From the NCBI GenBank assembly GCA_963727625.1, contig CAVSHR010000002.1, forward strand, positions 64,001 through 128,000: DNA of 64,000 nucleotides, given 5' to 3'. The position numbers and the translations under genes were made by a program. Source of the DNA: an uncultured delta proteobacterium. GTDB taxonomy: Bacteria; Desulfobacterota; Binatia; UBA9968. The notes under the pieces are model-generated. The model was not told the origin of the DNA. It searched no databases and was given only the letters and a program-made list of their open reading frames with translations. Of this stretch, positions 29,720 through 39,207 are shown in pieces. How positions within the stretch are numbered: position 1 is the stretch's first letter; each line of letters opens with the position of its first letter.

Positions 29720-29920
29720 TTACGCATCCACGGCAAGCCCGGCCACCTGCTGCAACATCGCGTGATAGTTAGCGCGCTCTGAAAAGAGCTTCAAGTCGAA
29801 CTCTTTCTGCGTCACGATGCCCTTGTCGATCAAAATTTTCGCAACCACGTCAGCTGTCGCTAAGGCAGTAACCGTAAGTTCCTGCAGCGTGAGGATGCCG
29901 GTTTTGTCTAATTGGCCCAT
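29720..29920 (-). CDS. Small hypothetical protein
   Basis: MGQLDK...ILIDKGIVTQKEF; AAAGGA upstream. Confidence 0.55.
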   Translation of the reverse strand: MGQLDKTGILTLQELTVTALATADVVAKILIDKGIVTQKEFDLKLFSERANYHAMLQQVAGLAVDA

Positions 29921-29975
29921 TTTACATTTCCTTTCTTGCGTTGAGTCGAATTGAGGGTAGTCTATGCCCACTCCA

Positions 29976-30518
29976 TTAAGTCAGCGGATCCTTGCCGCCG
30001 GGTACCGAGACGGCGAAGGCGTTGAGCGTCATGGCGACCATCGAGTAAAAGCCGATGGCGCTAACCAGCTCGACCATGACTTGCTCGCCGAACATCGCCA
30101 TGCCGCGTTGGTAGCTTGCCTCGGACAAGTTTCGGCTGGTGTTGAGCTCCATCGTGAGGTCGTAAGCCAGCCGTTCGTCTTCGCGGGTGAAGTCCGGCGT
30201 GCGCCGCTCGCGGATGGCCTGGACGATCTCGGGCGAGATACCGAACTTGATAGCATGGGGCTCATGGATAAACCATGCGTATTGCGCGCTGGACACTCGC
30301 GCCGCGACCAGGATCATCAATTCGAGCAAGCGCCGTTCGAGCTTTACTCGTGAAGCGAACATCTCCTGCAGCTTAAGCGTGTTTTCGCACAGCTCGGCAT
30401 TGCGCAGCCAGACAGCGAAGGGCCCGCGCATATGGCCGCGCTCGCGCATCATCCGGTCATAAATCGCATGTTGCTCGGGGTCGAGTCTTGTGGCGTCGAT
30501 TTCCGGTAGGCGGCTCAT
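29976..30518 (-). CDS. Carboxymuconolactone decarboxylase (CMD/AhpD-fold) family protein
   Basis: MSRLP, GPFAVWLR, ELMILVAAR...YAWFIH, VELVSAIGFY. Confidence 0.85.
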   Translation of the reverse strand: MSRLPEIDATRLDPEQHAIYDRMMRERGHMRGPFAVWLRNAELCENTLKLQEMFASRVKLERRLLELMILVAARVSSAQYAWFIHEPHAIKFGISPEIVQAIRERRTPDFTREDERLAYDLTMELNTSRNLSEASYQRGMAMFGEQVMVELVSAIGFYSMVAMTLNAFAVSVPGGKDPLT

Positions 30519-30607
30519 TGAATTTCCTCACGAATCGAGTCTTACGTGATATCGCTCACAGAGATTGAAAGGTTTCTCCAGTACAGTTTACAAATGGCCA
30601 ACAGTTA

Positions 30608-31672
30608 TCACTTGGGCTTGGCAACCGTCATCCACGGGTCCGGGCTGGCGGTCTTGTTGAGCGATTCGGCGAGCTCGCGCAGGTATTCTTCCTGTTCCTT
30701 GCCCTCGTACAGCGCCAGCGAGCCGTCGTTTTTGATCGGGATACCGCCGAAGAAATGAAAGGCGTGGCCGTCCCAGTCATAAAACTCGTCGCCGCGTTGA
30801 TAGATCTCCTTCCATTTGTAGCCGACCGGACTGCGGTGCAGGCCTGTTCGCGCGGGAAAATTGTCTTCCTTGTCGCGCGAATCGTTGAGATTCTCTTTTG
30901 CTCCGGCTTCTTCGGGAAGCCCTTCCCACATGCGCCGGTAGTTGGGAAAAAACTCCTCCTCGCGCACCGTCAACGCGGTGTGCATGTCCCACCAAGGGCT
31001 GTGGCCGGCGATGCGCTCGTCGAGCTGGTCGACCAATTTGTAGACGAGCCGATTGCCGGCACGCATGCGCAATACCAGGGTCCCCTCTGCGGTCTGCGAA
31101 GTACGCTCGACCGCCATGCCGCAGTATTTTTCGAAGAACGCCGCGGTGCGCGCCAGGTCGCGCGATCCGTAGACGGCGTGGCTGATGCGGCCGACGCCCT
31201 CGTCGGTGGCGATCTCCATGGCGCCTTCCGGCATTTTTACCGGCGCCCAGAATTCATACTGATTGCCGTCGGGGTCGGCGAAGTAGACGACCGTGCCTTC
31301 TTCGCCTTCGGCGGCGGTCTTGACCGGATCGCTGTGCGGAATCTTGTGCTGGTCGAGACGGCGCAGATGCCGGTCGATATCCTCGGACCGAATGTAAAAG
31401 CCGCAGCGCGGCATGTCTTCGCCCAACTTTTTGGTCGGCGGGTAGTTCTCGGGTTGAAGAAACGCGCCGATGCGGCACGAGCCGCCTTCCCACCACATGA
31501 AGCAGAAGATCGGCGTGTTCTTTTTTCGCATGTTAGTCGTGAGACCGTTGATCGGCCGGATCGGCAGGCCGGTGGCGTGAAGCGCCCAGTAGCTCCAGCC
31601 CGGCAAGTTGTTGGTGCCGATGACGTAGTGATCGATCCAGTGCACCGCGCCCTTGGGTTCTACGTTATTCAT
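30608..31672 (-). CDS. VOC/glyoxalase superfamily protein (two domains)
   Basis: IDHYV, VYFADPDGNQYEF, ISHAVYG...FFEKYCGM, FYDWDGH. Confidence 0.78.
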   Translation of the reverse strand: MNNVEPKGAVHWIDHYVIGTNNLPGWSYWALHATGLPIRPINGLTTNMRKKNTPIFCFMWWEGGSCRIGAFLQPENYPPTKKLGEDMPRCGFYIRSEDIDRHLRRLDQHKIPHSDPVKTAAEGEEGTVVYFADPDGNQYEFWAPVKMPEGAMEIATDEGVGRISHAVYGSRDLARTAAFFEKYCGMAVERTSQTAEGTLVLRMRAGNRLVYKLVDQLDERIAGHSPWWDMHTALTVREEEFFPNYRRMWEGLPEEAGAKENLNDSRDKEDNFPARTGLHRSPVGYKWKEIYQRGDEFYDWDGHAFHFFGGIPIKNDGSLALYEGKEQEEYLRELAESLNKTASPDPWMTVAKPK

Positions 31673-31695
31673 CTAAGATTCTCCTTCTGGTAAGC

Positions 31696-31925
31696 GTTCA
31701 AGTCACTCAAAAGACTTCGGTTGTTTCAACAGCTTACGACGTTTTAATTCTTCTATAACGTTTCAGTTGCGCAAGGCAAATGAAGACCGATAGCCATTCA
31801 AAGTCCAAAGGTTCCCGGCGTGTAAACTGTTTCAGTTGTTCGAAGGGCTCCAGACGGTCCACGCAGCCAAGCTCCGTCGAGCCGCCACAAGAGCCAGGGC
31901 GGCTAGCCGTTGAGCGCTTCCAATA
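31696..31925. repeat. Degenerate 9-bp-period repeat tract
   Basis: GTTCAAGTC...GTTTCAGTT GTTCGAAGG GCTCCAGAC GGTCCACGC; also a reverse-complement match to the 40280 element. Confidence 0.5.
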
Positions 31926-32065
31926 CATCCCGCAAACGTCGAGCAGGGTGTGCGACCCTATACAGAGGTCCAGTAAAGAAGGGAATCTAAGATCTCCCCG
32001 GAAAAATCGACAATGAGCCGGGGGTCAGCGTAACGAGAGCTATAATTGGGATGGGCCTGTACACC

Positions 32066-33259
32066 TCAGCCTTGTGGCAACCTACTAATAAAGCTCTGAA
32101 AAAAGTACAGGTTTGAAAGAAATCCTAAACAAACCAGGACCTTGAAGCCCAATGGGAGCGGTTTACCGCGGAAACCATCGCGGGCGAGCAGGAAAATGAC
32201 AATCGGCAAAAAATCGAACAGGAATCTGTAGCCGAGCTGCAACTGGCCGGTGGATCGCCAGGCCAACACGGCTATCAGTACGATGGCGCAATCCAAGAGA
32301 GCGATAACGTTGAAACGGTCCAACCGGAGCGCGCCCAGATATAACAACCAAGGCGAGAGGAGCAGCACACTCATGCCGACGGGATTGGTGACAAAATATG
32401 GGAACTGTTCCGATGACGTCGGCCGGCCGAACAAGAATATTCGCAAATGAGGAATCACATTGGCGAGTGAACTGGTGTCGAAATCCCCAGGCGACGCCGG
32501 CTGGTAATTGTATCCGGTTTCCCAGACTGAGCCGAAACGAGCGAAATTATAGGCTCCGAGCAATACAATTGGAACGGCGATACCGGCTGCAAAAATTGCC
32601 AGTCTTCTGCCGCGTAGCTTGTTGTCGGACAATAAGGCGAAGCCGACGAAAAGCACGATGTTCAGACCAGCCGATATTCGAGTGGCTATCGTCAGTCCCA
32701 TCAAGAGCCCCAGCAGCCACCAACGTCCTCGACCGAGCCATTCGTGGAGCGCAAGGAAAAGTAAACTGATCGCAACAACCTGAGCGAACGGCCAGCTCAT
32801 CGGTATCGCTGCGAGGCTCAGGTAAGACGAGGCGCCGCAAAACGCGAGCGTTAACCAGCAGGAATCCTCCTTTGAGCGGCCGCAATGATTGGCCAAGCGA
32901 AAACACAGCCAGCCGATCAACAGTGAAAGCGGCAATGAAACACAACCCAGATAAAAGTTCACGCCGGCTATTCGAAAGAGATGAACCAACGGCGCAATCA
33001 GCACGGCGGGTAGCGGACCGAGCGGCCAATAATATCGACCGCCGAACGCGGCCGTATCATGCCATTGTTCTGGAATTGATACGAAATGGAGCTTTCCACT
33101 CAGAAATGATTCCGCCAATCGGACATACTGCTGCTCATGGATGACCGATAAGTTGCCGAAAAGCACGATGGATCCACAGAGCGATAGGCATGTCGCCAAT
33201 AGGACGCGCTCTGCCGAATGGAGATTTACGCGAGCAGCGAAACGAGCGGCGATCGACAC
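32066..33259 (-). CDS. Polytopic membrane protein, probable GT-C glycosyltransferase
   Basis: YVRLAESFLSGKL, GRYYWPLGPLPA, YNFARFGSVWETGY, GYRFLFDFLP; many TM segments. Confidence 0.7.
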   Translation of the reverse strand: MSIAARFAARVNLHSAERVLLATCLSLCGSIVLFGNLSVIHEQQYVRLAESFLSGKLHFVSIPEQWHDTAAFGGRYYWPLGPLPAVLIAPLVHLFRIAGVNFYLGCVSLPLSLLIGWLCFRLANHCGRSKEDSCWLTLAFCGASSYLSLAAIPMSWPFAQVVAISLLFLALHEWLGRGRWWLLGLLMGLTIATRISAGLNIVLFVGFALLSDNKLRGRRLAIFAAGIAVPIVLLGAYNFARFGSVWETGYNYQPASPGDFDTSSLANVIPHLRIFLFGRPTSSEQFPYFVTNPVGMSVLLLSPWLLYLGALRLDRFNVIALLDCAIVLIAVLAWRSTGQLQLGYRFLFDFLPIVIFLLARDGFRGKPLPLGFKVLVCLGFLSNLYFFQSFISRLPQG

Positions 33260-33546
33260 TTTAATAATTCCCTCGACCGACTGAGGAAAGACCCATTCCC
33301 TATCCAGTCGCCTTTGATCAGCTCGATAACCGGCATCGAAATAGATATCTCGGAGATGGGTTCTGACCGGACCATCGCTTCACAGTAAGGAAGGAAAGTC
33401 CGACGACGCAAATCTCTTCGATCCATCGTTCAGATCATGGTGGACTCCCATTGGGATTCGACGATTCGGCTCCCATGGGAATACCCCTGTGAAAATTTGA
33501 GAATCCCGAGCGACGTTTAATATCGTTGATTGCCGGGTCGTGGCGT

Positions 33547-34677
33547 CTACAGGCTGTAAAGCGCCGCGGCGTTTTTGCGATAAACTTTGTCTTTCATTTC
33601 GTCCGGCAAATGGGCTGAGTCCTTTTCGATGATTTCCTTGGAGAACGGCCAGGTGCTATCGGGGTGCGGGTAGTCCGAGCCCCACATGATATGGCCTTCG
33701 CCGAAGAATTGGATCAGGTGCAATCCAACCAAATCCGTTTGAAATGTCGCCCACACCTGACGCTTGAAGATTTCGCTCGGCATCGATTTCAGGGGAATCT
33801 CGGCCGCTTTGCGGCGCTCGAATTGCCGCTTGTAACGGTAGTCCATCTCTTGCACGACGAACGGAATCCAGCCGATGGCGGATTCGGCGAGGCAGAATTT
33901 CAAATTGGGATGGCGCTCCAGAGTGCCGAAGTTGAACATGTTGACGAAGGGATTGAAGAACGACGTGGCGCCGTTGCTGAGCCCCATGTCAAAGACGCCC
34001 TGGCGCTCGCCGGGCTTAACGGAATCGATTGTGGCTCTGACCGTTCCCTTCTGCACGCTGCCCCCGACGTGGTAGGAAACCACGATACCGGCGTCTTCAG
34101 CAGCGTCCCAGAACACGTCCCAGGGCTTTAAATTCATTTCCAGCGTGACGTCGTTGACCAGAAAGTTCGCTTCGCGAAACCCTAACCTCGCCACCCGGGT
34201 GACCTCATCTTTGGCGGCTTCGGCATCGACGGAAGAAAGCATGGCGACGGGAAAGAAGCGTTTCGGCGCGGTCTTACCGAAATCCAGCGCCCAGTCGTTG
34301 TAGGCCCGCACGCAGGCATTTCTCAATTCGGCATCGCCTACTTGCATGGCGATAATCGGGGGAAACATGAGTGAGGCTTCGACGCCGTCGCGATCCATGT
34401 CCGCGAGGCGCTTTTCCGGCGTGGTCGGCCGGTGTGCTTCGCCGACGCCGCCGCGGTCGAGAGCGAGCCGGGTGCGACTGGTCTTGGCAAACCAGCGCTC
34501 GCCGCGATAGTCGGCCCAGGTTTCTCCGTCGCACACCCAGTACTCGCCTTTTTCGCCGCGGTCTTCGACGTGAGGCGCGCGCTCGCGCAGCGATTGGGGT
34601 AGTCGTGCGGTCCATAAATCTCTGGGCAGATAACCGAGGTCAATGTGATCGTCAGCGGAAATCTTCGCGTAGGTCAT
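33547..34677 (-). CDS. Amidohydrolase family 2 protein
   Basis: ISADDHID, RLADMDRDGV, YNDW, AESAIGWIP, MWGSDYPH. Confidence 0.9.
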   Translation of the reverse strand: MTYAKISADDHIDLGYLPRDLWTARLPQSLRERAPHVEDRGEKGEYWVCDGETWADYRGERWFAKTSRTRLALDRGGVGEAHRPTTPEKRLADMDRDGVEASLMFPPIIAMQVGDAELRNACVRAYNDWALDFGKTAPKRFFPVAMLSSVDAEAAKDEVTRVARLGFREANFLVNDVTLEMNLKPWDVFWDAAEDAGIVVSYHVGGSVQKGTVRATIDSVKPGERQGVFDMGLSNGATSFFNPFVNMFNFGTLERHPNLKFCLAESAIGWIPFVVQEMDYRYKRQFERRKAAEIPLKSMPSEIFKRQVWATFQTDLVGLHLIQFFGEGHIMWGSDYPHPDSTWPFSKEIIEKDSAHLPDEMKDKVYRKNAAALYSL

Positions 34678-34729
34678 GGCACTCTCCTTTTTCGTCGCGG
34701 CGGCGGTGAATTCTAATAGGCTAACGCCG

Positions 34730-34759
34730 ATTCTCACGCCAATTTTAGGGCGGTGTCAA
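34730..34759 (-). promoter_or_regulatory. Candidate sigma-70 promoter for the amidohydrolase
   Basis: TTGACA-N18-GAGAAT on the minus strand, about 53 nt upstream of the ATG. Confidence 0.35.
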
Positions 34760-34921
34760 GGCATGCGATAAGAGCGCCCCGGCTTATTAAAGCCGCCGGC
34801 GAATGTTAGAATCCAATTCATCTAGGGGGTTTGACGCTCGCAACGGATTTAGATGACGGCACCGCCATGAGATTTGGAGAGTTTTTCTCATGGCCCGGCT
34901 TGATTCTGGAAGCGATAACCC

Positions 34922-35545
34922 ATGAAAACCCGGCTTTCGCTCTTATTGGCAATCATCGTTATCTCGCACGCCGCGGCTGGCTGCTCGACGACTTCGCCGA
35001 TCATCAGTGAGTGGCGCAACCCGGCCTACATTTCCGGCTCCTTCAAACGTATCATGGTTGGAGCCCTGGGCTCAGACACCAGCATCCGGCGGAATTTCGA
35101 AGACGAGTTTTCGCTTCAACTTCGCGCCTCCGGCATCGACGGGATGCCGAGTTATCGCTATGTTGCCGAAGATGAAAAGATCGACGAAGCCAAGCTCAAG
35201 CAAGCGGCAATGAATGCCGGGGCCGACGCGCTGATCTTTGCCCGTTCGATTCAAGTCGAGCAGAAAACTCAGTACGGACCGGGCTATTTGCCCTACACGT
35301 CCTTCGGTATCTTCGGTTCCCATGTCGGCGCCACTTGGCAAGGTTTGGGCGGAACCGCGACGGTATACCGCTACAACGAATATATGTCGGAGACGACCCT
35401 GTTGGACTTGACGAAAAACGAGGTGGCGTGGACGGGCACGATTAAAACGGCGGAGCCGGACGACGTGCGGGCTGCGATCAGATCGTACGTTCAAGCGGTC
35501 ATGAAGGCGCTCGAAACCCAAGATCTCGTACGGACCCGCCAGTAA
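34922..35545 (+). CDS. Putative lipoprotein
   Basis: Lipobox AAGC after a hydrophobic stretch; RRNFEDEF, VAWTG. Confidence 0.75.
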   Translation: MKTRLSLLLAIIVISHAAAGCSTTSPIISEWRNPAYISGSFKRIMVGALGSDTSIRRNFEDEFSLQLRASGIDGMPSYRYVAEDEKIDEAKLKQAAMNAGADALIFARSIQVEQKTQYGPGYLPYTSFGIFGSHVGATWQGLGGTATVYRYNEYMSETTLLDLTKNEVAWTGTIKTAEPDDVRAAIRSYVQAVMKALETQDLVRTRQ

Positions 35546-35666
35546 TACAGTGAAGCATAAGAAATTCATTCAGCGCGGCAGAGTCTCGACTCGAAACTCA
35601 TGCTTGACTCGGGCGCAGGATCGGCAGTAAGGACGGCAAATCATATCGAGTAGATAGGAGGATCTG

Positions 35667-36182
35667 ATGCCGCGAATTGCGCTGGACTTAAACAATGCCG
35701 AAGATCGTCGCAAGCTCAACGGGGAATGGCGCCTGGGACCGGGTCTAGTGCCCGGCGCACCCAACGAAGGATTGACTGCGCAACTATTGAATACCCCCGC
35801 TCGCTTAACCGATTATGACGACTCGATCTGGGAAGTCTGTCCCAACATCCGCAAAAGCATCTCCAAGGGGTTCACCTTCGCGTGGTACCGCATCAAGGTG
35901 GAGCTGCCGGAACAAGCGAACGGCATTGCCCTGGCGGGATATCGCGTCTGGTTCGAAACCAACTTCGACAACTATGGAGAGGTCTGGATCGACGGCAGAA
36001 TCGACCGCGCGACGGGCGTGATCGTCGGCATCAACGCGCCCCATCGCGTGGAAGTTAGCGCTAAAGCGGTGCCAGGTACGAAACATGTCATCGCTTGCCT
36101 GGTGGCCAACGGCCCGCTGGCGGAGCCGCGCGGCGGCATTTATATCCGTTATGCTACTCTCGCCTTTGAAGCTGCGGGGTAA
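35667..36182 (+). CDS. Hypothetical protein with galactose-binding / jelly-roll-like domain
   Basis: AGGAGG RBS; DYDDSIW, FAWYRIKVELP, DNYGEVWIDG. Confidence 0.7.
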   Translation: MPRIALDLNNAEDRRKLNGEWRLGPGLVPGAPNEGLTAQLLNTPARLTDYDDSIWEVCPNIRKSISKGFTFAWYRIKVELPEQANGIALAGYRVWFETNFDNYGEVWIDGRIDRATGVIVGINAPHRVEVSAKAVPGTKHVIACLVANGPLAEPRGGIYIRYATLAFEAAG

Positions 36183-36286
36183 GGTTTTACGAAAAAGCTC
36201 CGTGTTCTTGAGATACAAACGAGAATCATTGCGCGAAAAAGAAAAACCCTTGGGTAGGAGACTGCGTTCGTGCGCGCGAAACGGCG

Positions 36287-36979
36287 CTATTCGATGCCGG
36301 CGGCGGCGAAAAGAGATTTCGCCGACGGCGATGTGAGGTAGCGCAAAAACTCCTGAGCGGCTTCATCGGTTTGGCGATCCGCGACCAAGGCGGCGGCGTA
36401 GGTCGTGTAGTTTTGTATCGCCGCCGGCAGAGGGCCGACGAAACTCACCCCCCGGTTATGGTTCTCGATAATCACCGTCGTAGCACCGAAGCCGAGTTCG
36501 CCGACTTTGCCCTTGCTTATATGATCGAGAACGGCGGCGAAATCTGCGAGCCGCTTCGATTTGTCTGCGAGCTCCGCGCTGAGGCCGAGGCGGCTAAACA
36601 GAGAATCGAGGTAAATCCCGGTGGAGGCCTGGTTGTAAACCAGCGATTCCGCGTCGAGCAAAGACTGTTTGAATTCATCTACGGTGGCGATCTTCGGCAA
36701 CGGCGCACCGCTGCGCACCATGACGCCGGCGCCGATGCGTCCGATTAACACGGGCGCTGCAGCAACTATTCCGGCGTCACTTAGTTGATTGAGCACGGGT
36801 GGCGGCGCGATCACGATATCTACGATTTCGCCGGCGCTAATGCGCTCGGCGATCGACGGCGCGGTGGCAAACAGCGGGCGCACGGTATGCCCGCACGCCT
36901 GATGAAAGGCATCGATGACTTTCATCAATCCGGGCTTGACCGCGCCCGCGCTAAGCAGGCTTAATTCACTAGGCGCCAT
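36287..36979 (-). CDS. ModA-like substrate-binding-domain protein without signal peptide
   Basis: LSAGAVK, ERISAGEIVD, STGIYL, VGPLPAAIQNYTTY; ATG 13 bp after the amidohydrolase stop. Confidence 0.8.
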   Translation of the reverse strand: MAPSELSLLSAGAVKPGLMKVIDAFHQACGHTVRPLFATAPSIAERISAGEIVDIVIAPPPVLNQLSDAGIVAAAPVLIGRIGAGVMVRSGAPLPKIATVDEFKQSLLDAESLVYNQASTGIYLDSLFSRLGLSAELADKSKRLADFAAVLDHISKGKVGELGFGATTVIIENHNRGVSFVGPLPAAIQNYTTYAAALVADRQTDEAAQEFLRYLTSPSAKSLFAAAGIE

Positions 36980-36992
36980 CTCGAATAGGCTT

Positions 36993-38132
36993 TCAGTCCA
37001 AATCGAAGCCGTAGAGGTTGGAGGTATTCTCAGCGAGAATTTTTCGTGCGTCGTCCTCGCCGACGCCGTTAAAATCTTTGGAGATCTTTTCGCGCGAGTG
37101 AGGCCAGAAGGTCGCGCTGTGCGGAAAATCTGAAGACCAGAGCAGATTGTCGACGCCGATGTCGTGCCGATGCGCGATGCCGAAGGTGTCGTCAATGAAA
37201 GTTGCATAGAGCTGCCGGCGAAAATAGTCGCTCGGTTTGAGCGTCAGTTTGGTCGAAAACGGGCTGCCATGCACGCGCGGTCCTTGGGCGTCGAAACGCT
37301 CATCCAGACGGTGCAGAAAGTAGGGAACCCAGCCGCAGTTGAGCTCCGCCGAGACAACCTTCAGGGCGGGGAATCGCTCCAAAACGCCGGACAAGATCAA
37401 CGTCGAAAAAGTGGTTTCGACTTCGTGCGAATTGATGCCTGTGGCGATCATTCTTTTCTTTGCGCTCGAGTCCCAATCCACCCAGCGAAAGCCCGCGAAT
37501 TCATGCAGGCTGAGGGGCATCGAAAGTTCCTGTGCCGCGGCCCAGAAGGGATCGTAGTCCTCCGCGTAAAAGGGCAACTCTTCCGGCGGCGAAGCCCAGA
37601 CGATTGCTCCCGCCAATCCTTTCCTGGCGCAGTTCGCCAGATCTTCGGCCGCCAGCGTGGGATCGTAGAGCGAGATCAGCGCCAAACCTTTGAGACGTTT
37701 GGGCGAATAACTGCAAAATTCGGCAAGCCAGTCGTTATAGACCTGAAAACAGGCTCGCTGAAAACCGGCGTCTCTGATCCAGAACATACGGAAGCCGAGG
37801 GTGGTATAAAGTACATCCCCCGCGACGCCGTCCTGATCCATGTCTTTGACTCGCTGCGCCGGGTCCCAGCCGCCGCGGTGCGCACCGGCGTAGGAAAAGC
37901 TTTTCAACAACTGTTGCAGCTCTGCGAGGTTCTTGTTGGCGCCGAAGCCCAGGATCACGTTGTGAGGCTGACGGTCCTGTTCGATGAACCACCAGGCCCC
38001 GGGTTTGCCTTCATACTCCGTCTCCATGTGCGGCGCGATATCGCGGTATTTGACCGGTAAACGTTCCTGCCAAAGTTTCAACGGCTCGCTCACATGCGAG
38101 TCGGCGTCCAGCAATACGGATGGGATCATCAT
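36993..38132 (-). CDS. Amidohydrolase family 2 protein
   Basis: DADSHV, GGWDPAQRVKDMDQDGV, YNDWLAEFC, LWSSDFPH. Confidence 0.9.
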   Translation of the reverse strand: MMIPSVLLDADSHVSEPLKLWQERLPVKYRDIAPHMETEYEGKPGAWWFIEQDRQPHNVILGFGANKNLAELQQLLKSFSYAGAHRGGWDPAQRVKDMDQDGVAGDVLYTTLGFRMFWIRDAGFQRACFQVYNDWLAEFCSYSPKRLKGLALISLYDPTLAAEDLANCARKGLAGAIVWASPPEELPFYAEDYDPFWAAAQELSMPLSLHEFAGFRWVDWDSSAKKRMIATGINSHEVETTFSTLILSGVLERFPALKVVSAELNCGWVPYFLHRLDERFDAQGPRVHGSPFSTKLTLKPSDYFRRQLYATFIDDTFGIAHRHDIGVDNLLWSSDFPHSATFWPHSREKISKDFNGVGEDDARKILAENTSNLYGFDLD

Positions 38133-38319
38133 TCACTCCTATGGCGCCCTGCGCCTGGATATTAGCCCGGCAATCTTGCGGCTCAATTGAGTCGGCTTGG
38201 TGTAACCTAAGACAAGCCCGCAGGAGGAGTCAAGCATAGAAAGATCGCAAGTGCGATTGACTCGCTATGGCCGTGCGAATTATGGAGAGATTGACAGTTG
38301 TCGAAGACAGGAGCACTCC

Positions 38320-39201
38320 ATGCCGTTTAGCTACGTCCAGTTCATGACCGAGTTGATGGCGCCGCAGCCCTATCCGCGACAGCCCAAATTTGCGCCGCCG
38401 CGGCTGGCGCCGTTGCGCAAGCCGATCGACCAAGCGACCATTGGTATTTTCACCAGCGCGGGGATCCAGGTGCGCGGCGACACTCTGTTGGCCGAGACCA
38501 ACGATCTTGCTTATCGCCTGATCGATCGTGACACCCCGTATTCGGAACTTACCATCGCGCATCAGACGCCGGTGCGAAGCTGGGCGCTCGACGACCTCAA
38601 CGTCGCCTTTCCGCGCGACCGGCTGATCGAGCTCGAAGCCGAAGGCACGATCGGTAAACTGGCGCCGAGAGCGGTTTCCATGGTGGGATCTATTTCAAAG
38701 TTTACCGAGCTGATAAAGACCGCGGTGCCGCGCATCAAAGCAGAATTCGACGCTCAGGGCGTCGATCTGGTTTTTCTTTTCCCCTTCTGACCGGCCTGCC
38801 ATCGGTCCGTTGGACTGATCGCAAGGGCGCTTGAAGCGAGGGGAATGCCCACGCTGTCGATGAGCACGCTTTGGGAAGTCAGCATGGCCTTCAAACCGCC
38901 GCGCACGCTCTTCTTGGATTTTCCGCTCGGCTGTCCGGCGGGCAAGCCGAACGAGCCTGCACTGCAGCGCGACATTTTGCGCGCGGCGCTGGCGGCGGCG
39001 CCGGATTTCGACACGCATTGGAAAATTGTCGAGCTGCCGTTTCAGTGGTCGGCGGACGGCAGCCGGTACTGGGAAGAGGAAGTCAAAGAATTATATCGCA
39101 GAGGCTTGGGCACGGTCAGACGTCACGTCGCCGACCATCAGGCGGTCGGGGAGCCGCTGCTCGATCAGGAGACGGAATTCTCGCTGCGCTGCCAATGCTA
39201 A
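38320..39201 (+). CDS. GrdB/PrdB-like reductase selenoprotein B; UGA 38788-38790 read as selenocysteine (Sec157), 293 aa
   Basis: AGGAG RBS; TIGIFTSAGI, DLNVAFPRDRLIELEAEGTIG, VDLVFLFPF-U-PACHRSVGLIARALEARGMPT, PPRTLFLDFPLGCPAG; ORF 38845-39201 is in frame. Confidence 0.88.
38795..38826 (+). promoter_or_regulatory. Putative bacterial SECIS element
   Basis: Upper stem ATCGGTCC/GGACTGAT with GTT loop 18 nt after the UGA; lower stem CCTGC/GCAAGG. Confidence 0.7.
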
Positions 39202-39207
39202 GCCGAG

